Shown: positions 14,259-23,635 of the stretch, in pieces
How positions within the stretch are numbered: the stretch's first letter is position 1
How the letters are laid out: every line of letters begins with the position of its first letter
Origin: Patescibacteria group bacterium
GTDB taxonomy: Bacteria > Patescibacteriota > Minisyncoccia > Minisyncoccales > RBG-13-36-15
Reading direction: 5' to 3'
DNA length: 64,000 bases
Assembly: GCA_022574775.1 (NCBI GenBank)
Contig: JACZRI010000001.1
Coordinates: 31,631-95,630 of the forward strand
Translations under genes and position numbers: made by a program
The notes under the pieces: model-generated
What the model was told of the DNA's origin: nothing
Databases searched by the model: none
The model's input: the letters and a program-made list of their open reading frames with translations, nothing else

Positions 14259-16214
14259 ATGGAAATTAAATTTCTTAAAATAACTTTTCTTGCCTTGCTT
14301 GTTTTGTTTGTTTTTAGTTTGCCAAATAGAACTGTTCAAGCTGCGAATTCTCTGGATATCGTCATCAACGAGATCGCCTGGATGGGAACGGAAGCTGCTT
14401 ATCAGGATGAGTGGATTGAATTATATAATAACACCGGCTCTCCACTAAACCTTGATGGTTGGATGCTAAAAGCCACTGACAGCATCCCAGAAATCAACTT
14501 AGCGGGAACAGTTCCCGCTAATGGTTTTTATCTTTTAGAAAGGACAGATGATACAACTCTCCCTGATATTGCTGCTGATCAAATTTATACTGGGGCAATG
14601 AGTAATAATGGAGAATATTTACAGCTTTTCAACAGCCAAAATAATTTAATTGATGAAGTTAATGCTTCTGAGGATTGGCCTGCAGGTGACAACGCAACAA
14701 AACAAACAATGGAACGAACAAACTCTAATATACTGGGAACAGTTCCCGAAAATTGGCAGACAAGTCAAAATCCCGGCGGAACACCAAAAGCCGAAAACAA
14801 CATAACTGAACCAGACCCAGGATCTATCTGCCAACCAACTGAAGAAATTTGCGATGGAATAGATAACGACTGTGATGGTTTAATTGATGAAGATTTCGGA
14901 ACAATTAGTTGTGGAGTAGGAGCTTGTGCAATTACAGTAGAAAGTTGTGTCGGTGGAGTAGCTCAAATATGTACGCCCGGAACTCCAACTACTGAAACCT
15001 GTGACCAAATAGACAATGACTGCGATGGACAAATAGATGAAGGTGATATATGTGTAGCACCTGAACCTGAAGCTCAACCGCAACCATCTCCTCAAACCTA
15101 TCCATCAGGTATTTTTATCAACGAGCTTTTGCCGTCGCCTGAAGGGCCGGACAACGAGGAAGAATTTATTGAGCTATACAACAACAATTCAGTACCGGTT
15201 AATCTTTCTGAGTGGACTATTCAAGATACTCGAGGAAGCACAAAAGCATATACCTTTCCAGAGGGTACCAATATCCACAGTCGTAGTTTTTTGGTTTTGA
15301 ACCGTCCTGTTTCAAAAATCGTGTTGAATAACGAGGGAGAGGGTTTGATTTTGAAAAATCCTTCAGAAAGTATAGTAGATTCTGTTTTGTATGAGGGTAA
15401 AGCTCCTCAAGGTCAATCTTACGCAAAAAAGATAGACGGAATCTGGGAATGGACTTTGATACTTACGCCCGGAGAAGAAAACCGTTTCTTGCTTCCAGCA
15501 GAAACTCAACTTGAACCAGAAACTCAAGCAGAATCACAAGCTGCCGAAAAACTTCAGCCAGAGCCCAAATCCAAACCGCAGCCAGAAACTTTATTAGAAA
15601 CTCAACCTCAAGAAGAATCAGCGCCAATATCTTATCCTTCTGCAATTTTCATAAATGAAATTTTACCCTCCCCTACCGGTTCTGATGCAATAGAAGAATG
15701 GATTGAGATTTTCAACGAAAATAAGTTTGAGGTTGAGCTTTCTGGCTGGCAAATCCAAGACAAAAATGGAAGAATAAAGACTTATACTTTCCCTAAAGGG
15801 ATAAAAATTTCTCCAAAAGGATATTTAGTCCTTTTCCGCCCAACAACAAAAATTACTTTGAATAACGATGGGGATGAGGTACATTTAATACAACCTAATG
15901 GAGAAATTGGAGATCAGGTTTCTTATGGAAAAGCTCCTGCTGGCAAATCTTATAATCGGGTAGGCGCTGAATGGTTTTGGAGCGATATTCTAACTCCAGG
16001 TTCTGAAAATGTTGTTCCCTCTCAAGCTCCTGAAGAAACAGATGAAAAAAAGGTTGGCAGTAGCCCAAAAATCCAGGAGAAAGGGATAGCTGCTATCGGT
16101 CAACTATTTTCTAAATCATCTCAAGGTTTATTTACTCTGTTGGCGGCCATCGTTGTTGCTATTTTCTCTGGAGCAATAATTTTAATTCTCAAAAGAAAAG
16201 CAAAAGCAGAGTAA
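14259..16214 (+). CDS. Cell-surface protein with three lamin-tail-like domains, two CDGIDNDCDG Cys-rich motifs, P/E/Q-rich linkers and a C-terminal membrane anchor
   Basis: Signal peptide. The LTD signature occurs three times (VINEIAWMGT..EWIELYN; IFINELLPSP..EFIELYN; IFINEILPSP..EWIEIFN). Motifs CDGIDNDCDGLIDE and CDQIDNDCDGQIDE. C-terminal TM LFTLLAAIVVAIFSGAIILIL followed by KRKAKAE. Confidence 0.8.
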   Translation: MEIKFLKITFLALLVLFVFSLPNRTVQAANSLDIVINEIAWMGTEAAYQDEWIELYNNTGSPLNLDGWMLKATDSIPEINLAGTVPANGFYLLERTDDTTLPDIAADQIYTGAMSNNGEYLQLFNSQNNLIDEVNASEDWPAGDNATKQTMERTNSNILGTVPENWQTSQNPGGTPKAENNITEPDPGSICQPTEEICDGIDNDCDGLIDEDFGTISCGVGACAITVESCVGGVAQICTPGTPTTETCDQIDNDCDGQIDEGDICVAPEPEAQPQPSPQTYPSGIFINELLPSPEGPDNEEEFIELYNNNSVPVNLSEWTIQDTRGSTKAYTFPEGTNIHSRSFLVLNRPVSKIVLNNEGEGLILKNPSESIVDSVLYEGKAPQGQSYAKKIDGIWEWTLILTPGEENRFLLPAETQLEPETQAESQAAEKLQPEPKSKPQPETLLETQPQEESAPISYPSAIFINEILPSPTGSDAIEEWIEIFNENKFEVELSGWQIQDKNGRIKTYTFPKGIKISPKGYLVLFRPTTKITLNNDGDEVHLIQPNGEIGDQVSYGKAPAGKSYNRVGAEWFWSDILTPGSENVVPSQAPEETDEKKVGSSPKIQEKGIAAIGQLFSKSSQGLFTLLAAIVVAIFSGAIILILKRKAKAE

Positions 16215-16235
16215 TTGTCTTAAAATGCGCTTGAC

Positions 16236-16395
16236 AAGTCTGCAGGACTGCGAGAGGCGACGCGATACCCAAGGCAGCTCAGTAAGCGCGGACACGACAC
16301 CCCAACCACAGCAGCGCCTGGCTTGATCTAACCACCCACAACGGATAACCCACCTCAAAGCACCTTTAAGGCTCCAGCCTCGGCTGGAGCCTTTT
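16236..16395 (+). ncRNA. Candidate GC-rich non-coding transcript or gene remnant ending in a strong terminator
   Basis: A ~160-nt stretch of roughly 60 percent GC in an AT-rich context, with no ORF and a terminator at 16368-16395. It matches none of the signature motifs I know for SRP RNA, RNase P RNA, tmRNA or riboswitches. Confidence 0.25.
16368..16395 (+). terminator. Rho-independent terminator
   Basis: Stem aaggctccagc/gctggagcctt with loop ctcg, followed by tttt. Confidence 0.65.
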
Positions 16396-16497
16396 ACTTT
16401 ACCTTTAAGTTTATTCCAAAATTTTTGTTAAAAAAATAGAGTTGATTTATCAAAGAAATTAGAATAAAATTAGTATGTAAATACAAACAAACAAATT

Positions 16498-17220
16498 ATG
16501 AGTGGACATTCACATTTTTCGAGTATAAAGCATAAAAAAGAAATTACAGACAAAAAACGGGGGCAGATTTTTTCTAAGCTCTCCAGGGAAATTTCTGTTG
16601 TAGCTAAAGAAGGAGGCGGCAACCCTGAAACCAATACCAAGCTGCGTTTGGTTATTGAAAAAACCAAGGAATGGAACCTGCCCAAAGAAAATATTGAAAG
16701 AGCTATAAAGCGCGGGACTGGAGAACTGGCAGGCGGAAAATTAGAAGAAATTTTATTTGAAGCTTATGGTCCCAGCGGCATTGCAATTATTATTGAAGGA
16801 ATTACCGACAATAAAAACCGGGCCTTGTCTGAAATCAAGCAAGTCCTGTCTCAAAATAATGGAAAACTGGCAGACACAGGTTCTGTAAGATGGCTTTTTG
16901 AGAGAAAAGGGGTGATTGTTGTTAACTCTCAATTTACAGCCAAAGAAGACTTAGAATTGAAAGTGATTGAGGCAGGGGCTGAGGATATCCACTGGAACGA
17001 TAACAAAAAAGTGGATATTTATACAAAAGGGCAAGATTTGGAGAAGGTGAAAGCGAATCTTGAAAAACAAGGAATACAAATTGAATCTGCCTCTTTAGAT
17101 TGGGTGGCAAAAGAAAATGTTCAAATTGGAGAAAAAGATAAAATTGGTTCCAAGAAGCTGTTTGAAACCCTAGATGAATTAGACAGCGTTCAGGAAATAT
17201 ACTCTAACTTGGCATCTTAA
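16498..17220 (+). CDS. yebC: YebC/PmpR-family transcriptional regulator
   Basis: N-terminus MSGHSHFSSIKHKKEITDKKRG, then NPETNTKLRLVIEKTKEWNLPKENIERAIKRG. 240 aa. Confidence 0.9.
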   Translation: MSGHSHFSSIKHKKEITDKKRGQIFSKLSREISVVAKEGGGNPETNTKLRLVIEKTKEWNLPKENIERAIKRGTGELAGGKLEEILFEAYGPSGIAIIIEGITDNKNRALSEIKQVLSQNNGKLADTGSVRWLFERKGVIVVNSQFTAKEDLELKVIEAGAEDIHWNDNKKVDIYTKGQDLEKVKANLEKQGIQIESASLDWVAKENVQIGEKDKIGSKKLFETLDELDSVQEIYSNLAS

Positions 17221-17282
17221 TATATAAACATTCAAGCATATAAACATTCTTTTAAAATCTGCTTAAATGTTTAAATGAACTT

Positions 17283-17777
17283 GTGATTATATTGGGTATT
17301 GATCCCGGAACAGCCACTACAGGATATGGGGTAATCCGGAAAATTAAAAAAACAGGGGTGAAGGGAGGAGATGAAATAAAATGTTTGGATTATGGCATCA
17401 TTTCCACCAATCCTTCCCTGTCTGACGGAGAACGTCTAAAAAAAATCCATCTGGAAATTTCTCGTTTAATAAAAAAACACAAACCAATGATCTTGGCTGT
17501 GGAAAATATCTATTTTTTCAAAAACTTAAAAACGGCGTTTCCAGTAAGCCAGGCCAAAGGAGTTATCTTACTGGCCGCAGCAGATAAAAAAATCCTGACC
17601 TATGAGCTCACCCCTCTCCAGGCGAAAATGGCAATTACTGGATACGGAAGAGCAGATAAAAAACAAGTCCAAAAAATGGTGAAAGTATTACTTAATCTAA
17701 AAGAAATCCCGCGCCCGGATGATGCGTCTGACGCTTTAGCGATAGCGATAGCATGTTCTTTTATGCATAGGCTTTAA
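17283..17777 (+). CDS. ruvC: Crossover junction endodeoxyribonuclease RuvC
   Basis: ILGIDPGTATTGYGVI, AVENIYF, the GYGRADKKQVQ motif and C-terminal DASDALAIAI. GTG start. Confidence 0.9.
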   Translation: MIILGIDPGTATTGYGVIRKIKKTGVKGGDEIKCLDYGIISTNPSLSDGERLKKIHLEISRLIKKHKPMILAVENIYFFKNLKTAFPVSQAKGVILLAAADKKILTYELTPLQAKMAITGYGRADKKQVQKMVKVLLNLKEIPRPDDASDALAIAIACSFMHRL

Positions 17778-17865
17778 TATCAAACTTGCTCTGTAATAGA
17801 AATTTGACAGATGTTTTGTGTGATAAAGTCAAATACCAAAGACAGTCAAATTTTCACTACGGGGC

Positions 17866-17893
17866 TTGACAGACAATTTTGAAAACATATAAT
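17866..17893 (+). promoter_or_regulatory. Sigma70-type promoter (TTGACA-16-TATAAT)
   Basis: TTGACA at 17866-17871 and TATAAT at 17888-17893. Confidence 0.6.
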
Positions 17894-17974
17894 ACCAAGA
17901 GTGCTGAAAAGGTCGAATAAACCGCCCACAATTTTCCAATAGGATATGGGAATAAAAATAGAAAAAACATTAAA

Positions 17975-18115
17975 ATGATCTACGAAGAAAAAATCTTAAA
18001 GCCTCTCCTCAATCAAGACGAGGAAACTCCAGCAACCCCAGAAACAGAAACCCCTAAAGAAGAAGGCAGTGATGAAAAAGAGGAATCAAAAGAGGAATCA
18101 AAAGAAGGAGAGTAG
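17975..18115 (+). CDS. Possible 46-aa acidic small protein
   Basis: ATG ORF (MIYEEKILKPLLNQDEETPATPETETPKEEGSDEKEESKEESKEGE). It sits between a TTGACA-16-TATAAT promoter (17866-17893) and two consecutive intrinsic terminators (18122-18150, 18155-18174). No homology is recognised. Confidence 0.4.
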   Translation: MIYEEKILKPLLNQDEETPATPETETPKEEGSDEKEESKEESKEGE

Positions 18116-18121
18116 AATAAA

Positions 18122-18174
18122 CCCCGCGAACTCTCGCGGGGTTTGTTTTTCAAGACCCCTTAAGGGGTTTTTTG
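18122..18174 (+). terminator. Two consecutive intrinsic terminators
   Basis: ccccgcga/tcgcgggg followed by a T run, then acccctt/aaggggt followed by a T run. Confidence 0.6.
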
Positions 18175-18223
18175 TTAGGTTTTATATATTCTGTTAAAAT
18201 TAAATAAAGCAACAAGATTTTTT

Positions 18224-20149
18224 ATGGCAAAAAGAAAATATCATCGTCAAATATTCCAAGAAAATAAAAAGAGGAGGTGGTTCTTTTTTGCAGTTAAATT
18301 ACTGGGGTTTCTATTTTTTATATCACTCTTTACAGGTTTTGCCTTGTTTGTTTTTTATGCCAAAGACTTGCCACGGCCAGAAGGGTTTACAGAACGGGAT
18401 TTTGTAGAATCCACAAAAATTTATGACAGAACAGGGGAAATCCTCTTATATGAAATTTATGGCGAGGAGAAACGAAAGGTCGTCCCATTAGAAGTCGTTC
18501 CAGAATATTTAAAACAAGGAGTGATGCTTGCTGAAGACTCTAATTTTTATAACCATTTTGGCATTGATTTTAAAGGCATTTTTAGGGCGGCTTTAGTTAA
18601 CTTGAGGCTGGGAAAGCCGATTCAAGGAGGATCCACCATCTCTCAACAACTCGTTCGTTCTTCTATGCTGACAAGGAAAAAAACTTTAGAGAGAAAAATA
18701 AGAGAGGTTATTTTAACATTAGAACTTGAAAGAAGGTACTCAAAAGACCAAATTTTAGAATGGTATTTAAACCAAGTTCCGTTCGGATCAAATGCGTACG
18801 GAGTGGAAGCTGCAAGCCAAACTTTTTTTCAAAAAAGCGTTTCAGAGATTTCTATAGGAGAAGCTGCTGTTTTAGCAACTCTAATTCAGGCCCCCAGCTA
18901 TCTTTCCCCTTATGGTGAGAATAAATCTCAGCTTTTAGATAGGATGAATCTTATTCTAGATAAGATGGTAGGGGCTGGTATTTTGACTAAAGAAGAAAAA
19001 AATCAGATAAAAGAAGATGGAATAGATTTTGCTGAAATTTTGCAGCCGATTAAAGCGCCCCATTTTGTGTTCTATATAACAGAATACTTGCTTTCGAAAT
19101 ACGGAGAAGAGTTTTTAAAAGAAAAAGGGCTTAGGGTTTACACGAGTTTAAATTGGGAATTTCAAAAATTAGCAGAGAAGGTGGTTCAAAAAGGAGCAGA
19201 AAACAATATAAACTACCGCGCTTTTAATGCTTCCTTGGTGGCAATTGCGCCTCAAACTGGAGAGATCTTGGCGATGGTTGGCTCAAAAGATTTTTTCGGC
19301 GAGAATTTTCCTGAAGATTGTATCTCTGGAAAAAATTGTTTATTTGAGCCGCAATTCAATGTGGCTTTAGGTAGCAAAAGGTCTCCAGGGAGACAACCGG
19401 GATCCGCTTTCAAGCCTTTTGTTTACGCTACCGCCTTTAAAAAAGGGTATAATGATGAAACGGTTGTAGTCGATAAAGAAACCGATTTTGGAATTTGGGG
19501 AGGAAAAAGATATATTCCTCAAAATTACGATGGGATATTCCGCGGGCCTGTAACTCTTAGAACAGCACTCGCTCAATCTTTAAATATACCGTCGGTAAAA
19601 GTTTTAGTTGAATTAGCAGGAATAGAAGACTCTATTGAAACCGCAAAAGAGCTTGGGATAACCACTCTCAATATGCCCACTTCCTTTTATGGACCTTCTC
19701 TGGTATTAGGTGGTGGCGAAGTAAAGCTTTTGGATATGGTTTCTGGTTATGGCGTATTTGCCGCAGGAGGAATGAAAATTCCGCCTGTTAGTATTTTAAA
19801 AATAACTGATTCTGGTGGCAATATTATTGAGGAAAACAAAAAAACCCAGAAGAGGGTTTTGGAAATAAAAATTGCCGACTTGATTACTGATATTTTATCG
19901 GACAACACGGCCAGGTCTCCAATGTTCGGAAATAACTCTTTGATGTATTTCAAAAACTTTCAAGTGGCCGCCAAGACTGGAACAACAGGAGACTTTAGAG
20001 ACGGTTGGATTATAGGTTATACTTCATTGATTGCCGTCGGGGTTTGGGTTGGAAACAACGATAATTCTCCGATGTTTAAACAACCAGGTATAATGACTGC
20101 CGGCCCTATTTGGCGGGCATTTATAGAAAAGGTTCTGTTTGAATTATAG
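18224..20149 (+). CDS. Class A penicillin-binding protein (glycosyltransferase + transpeptidase)
   Basis: N-terminal TM. GT51 motifs (EDSNFYNHFGID, GGSTISQQL, RKIREV) and transpeptidase motifs (SAFKPF, AKTGTT). Confidence 0.85.
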   Translation: MAKRKYHRQIFQENKKRRWFFFAVKLLGFLFFISLFTGFALFVFYAKDLPRPEGFTERDFVESTKIYDRTGEILLYEIYGEEKRKVVPLEVVPEYLKQGVMLAEDSNFYNHFGIDFKGIFRAALVNLRLGKPIQGGSTISQQLVRSSMLTRKKTLERKIREVILTLELERRYSKDQILEWYLNQVPFGSNAYGVEAASQTFFQKSVSEISIGEAAVLATLIQAPSYLSPYGENKSQLLDRMNLILDKMVGAGILTKEEKNQIKEDGIDFAEILQPIKAPHFVFYITEYLLSKYGEEFLKEKGLRVYTSLNWEFQKLAEKVVQKGAENNINYRAFNASLVAIAPQTGEILAMVGSKDFFGENFPEDCISGKNCLFEPQFNVALGSKRSPGRQPGSAFKPFVYATAFKKGYNDETVVVDKETDFGIWGGKRYIPQNYDGIFRGPVTLRTALAQSLNIPSVKVLVELAGIEDSIETAKELGITTLNMPTSFYGPSLVLGGGEVKLLDMVSGYGVFAAGGMKIPPVSILKITDSGGNIIEENKKTQKRVLEIKIADLITDILSDNTARSPMFGNNSLMYFKNFQVAAKTGTTGDFRDGWIIGYTSLIAVGVWVGNNDNSPMFKQPGIMTAGPIWRAFIEKVLFEL

Positions 20150-20178
20150 TCCGCCAAAAAAAAAGCCATTCCATAAAA

Positions 20179-21303
20179 TTATGTACCTTTGATAGGCATC
20201 ACAACATAAAGATAGCTTGGGTCGTCTATTGGTTTTAAAACAGCAGGCCCATCTTCTCCACTCAGTTCAAAAACAACTTCTTTGGTTTTAATATTAAAAA
20301 GACCATCGAGTAGAAAACGCCAGTTGAAAGAAATTCCCGTTTTTTTTCCTTGTACCTTTCCTGTTAAAAAAGATTGGTTTTGTCCGATACCAGCACTTTG
20401 GGAAAAAATCTCCATCCCCTTTTTTTCCGGATCGATTTTTAATTTTACCTCGTTGATTTTTCCGCTAAAAAGTCCTGCGGCTTTTAATTGGTTTACAAAT
20501 TCCTTTTTTATGGTTATAAATTGGGTTTCATATTTTTTAGGAATTATTTCTTGGTAGTTCGGGTATTCCCCGTCTATTAGTTTTGATATAATTTGAAGTT
20601 GGGGATGGTCGGTTTCCGTCATGGGAAATTCAAACATCACCTGGTTTGAGTTAAAATAAATAGATAATTTACCTTTTTTCTCTAAAAGGGAATTTATTAA
20701 CTCGCGGGCTGCCTTTTGCGGTAAAATAAAAGAGTATTCTTTATCGATCTTTTTTTCAAGAAAAAGGGTTTTTTCCGCTAAGCGAAAACTATCAGTTGCA
20801 ACTATTTTTAAAAACTCTTTTTGAAAGTTAAAATAAACTCCGGAGATTTCAGGACGAGTAGAAGTTGAAGAAATAACCTCTATTACTTGCGATAATCCTT
20901 CGATAAATTGTAAATTATTAATTTTTATATATGGTGCGCTTTCTATTTTCGGGATAACAGGAAAATCTTCCGGGTCAAACCCTTGAATTTGGTTTTGAAA
21001 ATTTCCGCTTTTAATATAAAGTGTTGAGTTTTTAACCTCTAAATCAACTGAGTTTTTTAATAAAAGGCTAATAAGATTTGATAAAAACTTGACTGGGCTT
21101 GTTATTTTTCCCTTTTTTTCTATTTTAGCCAATCCCCACCAAGAGATAGTTGTTTCTAAATCAGTAGTAGTTAAATTAAGGAAATTTTCTTTAGTAGAAA
21201 TTAAAACATTTTCTAGAATCGGAAGGGATAAATTTTTTCCTGCTATTCTTTCTACGATATTTAATCCACTCTTTAAACTTTCTTTTAATATTAATAATTT
21301 CAT
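20179..21303 (-). CDS. dnaN: DNA polymerase III beta sliding clamp
   Basis: 374 aa, immediately downstream of dnaA. Has the three-domain clamp length and a C-terminal ...YLYVVMPI pattern. Confidence 0.9.
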   Translation of the reverse strand: MKLLILKESLKSGLNIVERIAGKNLSLPILENVLISTKENFLNLTTTDLETTISWWGLAKIEKKGKITSPVKFLSNLISLLLKNSVDLEVKNSTLYIKSGNFQNQIQGFDPEDFPVIPKIESAPYIKINNLQFIEGLSQVIEVISSTSTRPEISGVYFNFQKEFLKIVATDSFRLAEKTLFLEKKIDKEYSFILPQKAARELINSLLEKKGKLSIYFNSNQVMFEFPMTETDHPQLQIISKLIDGEYPNYQEIIPKKYETQFITIKKEFVNQLKAAGLFSGKINEVKLKIDPEKKGMEIFSQSAGIGQNQSFLTGKVQGKKTGISFNWRFLLDGLFNIKTKEVVFELSGEDGPAVLKPIDDPSYLYVVMPIKGT

Positions 21304-23068
21304 TATTATTTAAATTATTATTATTAGTTAAGATAATATGTTTTCCTTCTTAAATTTTGTATATAAAATGTGGAAAAAAAGGGAAAAATAGACTAGTAAT
21401 TATTTTACCCAGTTTATCAACTATAAATCTTCTGTTTGATTAAAGAAATTTCATTTTTAAAATTCTCGTTTTTATTAATCTCTTTTTTTATCTTTTCATA
21501 ACTATAAATAGCGGTAGTATGGTCTTTACCCCCAATTTTCTTTCCGATAAAAGGGTATGAACACTTTAACTCTTCTCTTAAAAAATAAGTTATAATTTGT
21601 CTCGGTTTAACTATTTCTTTTTTTCTTGATTTAGCAATTATATCCTTCTCTTTTAAATCATAAAAATCAATTACAACCTGGATTATTTTTTTAGGATTAA
21701 TAATTTTTATAGGAGATATAATTAAGTTTTCTAATAAAGACTGTGCGATTTCTAGATTGGGTGTTTGATTGTTTAACTTCTGATACGCAACCAATCTATT
21801 TAAGGCTCCCTCAAGCTCTCTGATATTTTTTTGGATATTTGTTGCGATATAACTCAAAACATCTTCCTGTAAATTAATTTTTCTTTCCTGGGTTTTGAAG
21901 TTTAGAATAGCCATTCTTGTCTCAAAATCGGGATAACTAATATCTGCGGTCATACCTCCTTCGAAACGAGATTTTAACCTTTCTTCTAGCGCGGAAATTG
22001 CCTTGGGTGGTCGGTCAGAAGAAATAATGATCTGTTTATTTTTTTCATATAAAGCGTTGAATGTGTAGAAAAACTCTTCTTGGGTTTTTTCCTTTCCAGC
22101 TAAAAATTGCACATCATCAATGATTAAAACATCTAAAGTTCGGTATTTTTCTTTGAGTTCCTCCATTTTTTTATTGCGTATAGAAGACACTACTTCTGAA
22201 GTAAATTTTTCAGAACTAATATACTTAACCCTTTTTTGTGGAAACGTTTTCACTATTTCATTACCTAACGCTTGAAGGAGATGGGTTTTTCCTAGGCCAA
22301 CCCCGCCATAAATAAATAATGGGTTATAAATTAAACCAGGTTCTTTAATTATGGCCATGGTTGCAGCGTGTGGAAGTTCATTAAAAGAGCCGACAATAAA
22401 ATTTTCAAACGTATAACGAGGATTAAGGTTTGTTTCTTTATCTATTTTAAATTCCTGGAATTCAAGTTGCCCAAATACAGGGAGAGAAGTCATTTCTTTC
22501 TCGCGCGGAGCCTTCGAACTTGTTTTTCCGACACAGTATTTTACTTCTTTGATTTCTTCGTCTAGGTTGTGAAGGATTTTTAAAATAAGCTTACAATATT
22601 TATTTTCAATCCACTCTTTTGAAAAAGCATTAGGGACCGATACCCATACTATTCTACCCTGTTTATCAAAAATCTCGGTACTTTTAAACCAAGTAGAAAA
22701 ATTAGCAGGGGATATATTGAATTGAATTTGGGCTAAAACCGCTTGCCAAAGGTTCTCTTTGTCCATAGTATTATAAAGAAGGTTAATATGTAGTTTCATT
22801 ATATCATAAAAACAAAGACACTTGTCAATTAGAAGTAAAAATAAAAAAAATCAAGATTTCTGTTGAAAAACTGGGGAAAAAATGTGTACTTATAACTATT
22901 TGACGCCTTGATAAAAAACCCCGTTTTTTGCAAAGAAAATTATAGTCAAACCTGATAAAAATAAACCAATCCAGGTTTTTTTAAAAAAGCTTGCCGTTCA
23001 TAATTAAACACTGAGCGCAATTAAATTAGTTGACCAAAAAGTAGAAATTTGTTAAATTAATAAAACCA
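21304..23068. other. Probable replication origin neighbourhood (intergenic regions flanking dnaA)
   Basis: Canonical arrangement of rpmH-rnpA diverging from dnaA-dnaN. The spacers are AT-rich (22767-23068 and 21304-21416). One 8/9 DnaA-box match, tgtggaaaa, lies at 21369-21377. I could not find clear consensus boxes in the dnaA-rpmH spacer. Confidence 0.4.
21417..22766 (-). CDS. dnaA: Chromosomal replication initiator DnaA
   Basis: Walker A GGVGLGKTHLL, Walker B LIIDDVQFL, sensor motifs, and the C-terminal DNA-binding region (KIGGKDHTTAIYSYEKI). The ATG at 22766 (MDKENLWQ) is preferred over the track start at 22799. Confidence 0.9.
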   Translation of the reverse strand: MDKENLWQAVLAQIQFNISPANFSTWFKSTEIFDKQGRIVWVSVPNAFSKEWIENKYCKLILKILHNLDEEIKEVKYCVGKTSSKAPREKEMTSLPVFGQLEFQEFKIDKETNLNPRYTFENFIVGSFNELPHAATMAIIKEPGLIYNPLFIYGGVGLGKTHLLQALGNEIVKTFPQKRVKYISSEKFTSEVVSSIRNKKMEELKEKYRTLDVLIIDDVQFLAGKEKTQEEFFYTFNALYEKNKQIIISSDRPPKAISALEERLKSRFEGGMTADISYPDFETRMAILNFKTQERKINLQEDVLSYIATNIQKNIRELEGALNRLVAYQKLNNQTPNLEIAQSLLENLIISPIKIINPKKIIQVVIDFYDLKEKDIIAKSRKKEIVKPRQIITYFLREELKCSYPFIGKKIGGKDHTTAIYSYEKIKKEINKNENFKNEISLIKQKIYS

Positions 23069-23203
23069 ATGAGTGTTACTTATCAACCTAAAAAAAGAAA
23101 AAGAAAAAGAACGCACGGGTTTTTAAAAAGAACACGTGGGAAGGGAGGAAAAAGGGTGCTTTTAAGAAGGAGAAGAAAAAAAAGAAAGAGATTAACAGTG
23201 TAG
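23069..23203 (+). CDS. rpmH: 50S ribosomal protein L34
   Basis: 44-aa [47 protein letters not shown], translated by hand and too short for the ORF track. It holds the canonical position upstream of rnpA. Confidence 0.85.
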   Translation: MSVTYQPKKRKRKRTHGFLKRTRGKGGKRVLLRRRRKKRKRLTV

Positions 23204-23290
23204 GTGAAGTATGAATTACGAAGTATGAAGAAATGAATTGGTAAAACAGTCTTCAAATCTTCAACCTTTAGACTTCGTACTTTTTCTTTA

Positions 23291-23635
23291 TTGTTGCCCA
23301 AACAAAACAGGCTTAGAAAAAAAAATGATTTTGAGAAAGTTTTGAAAGAAGGAAGGTGGGTTAAGAACGACTTTTTATTTTTAAAATGGACATTTAATAA
23401 CTTAAAGGTTAGCCGTTTCGGGTTTGTAGTAAGCAGAAAAACCTCAAAAAAATCTACCCTAAGAAATAAAATTAAAAGAAGACTTAGAGAAATAATCAAA
23501 CGAGAACTCCCGAAAATTAAAAAAGGCATAGACGGAGTGTTTATTTCCAAGAGCGGATTGGAAAAAGAAGAATTCCAACAACTCAAGGAAACAGTAAGTA
23601 AAATTTTAACCAAGGCCAGGATTTTAAAAAAATGA
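23291..23635 (+). CDS. rnpA: RNase P protein component
   Basis: [20 protein letters not shown]..., 114 aa, basic, following rpmH. TTG start. Confidence 0.85.
   Translation: MLPKQNRLRKKNDFEKVLKEGRWVKNDFLFLKWTFNNLKVSRFGFVVSRKTSKKSTLRNKIKRRLREIIKRELPKIKKGIDGVFISKSGLEKEEFQQLKETVSKILTKARILKK

Noticed and set aside
16231-16236. TTGACA upstream of the GC-rich 16.2-16.4 kb segment as its promoter.
   Set aside because: No acceptable -10 hexamer lies 16-18 nt downstream (gaggcg). The same applies to the TTGACA boxes at 3740 and 17803.
23083-23613. 176-aa minus-strand ORF across rpmH and rnpA. Similar antisense ORFs lie at 34576-35091, 51958-52608, 59489-59995, 9233-9632 and 1147-1356.
   Set aside because: All overlap well-supported genes on the opposite strand, have low-complexity or odd composition, and lack ribosome-binding sites.
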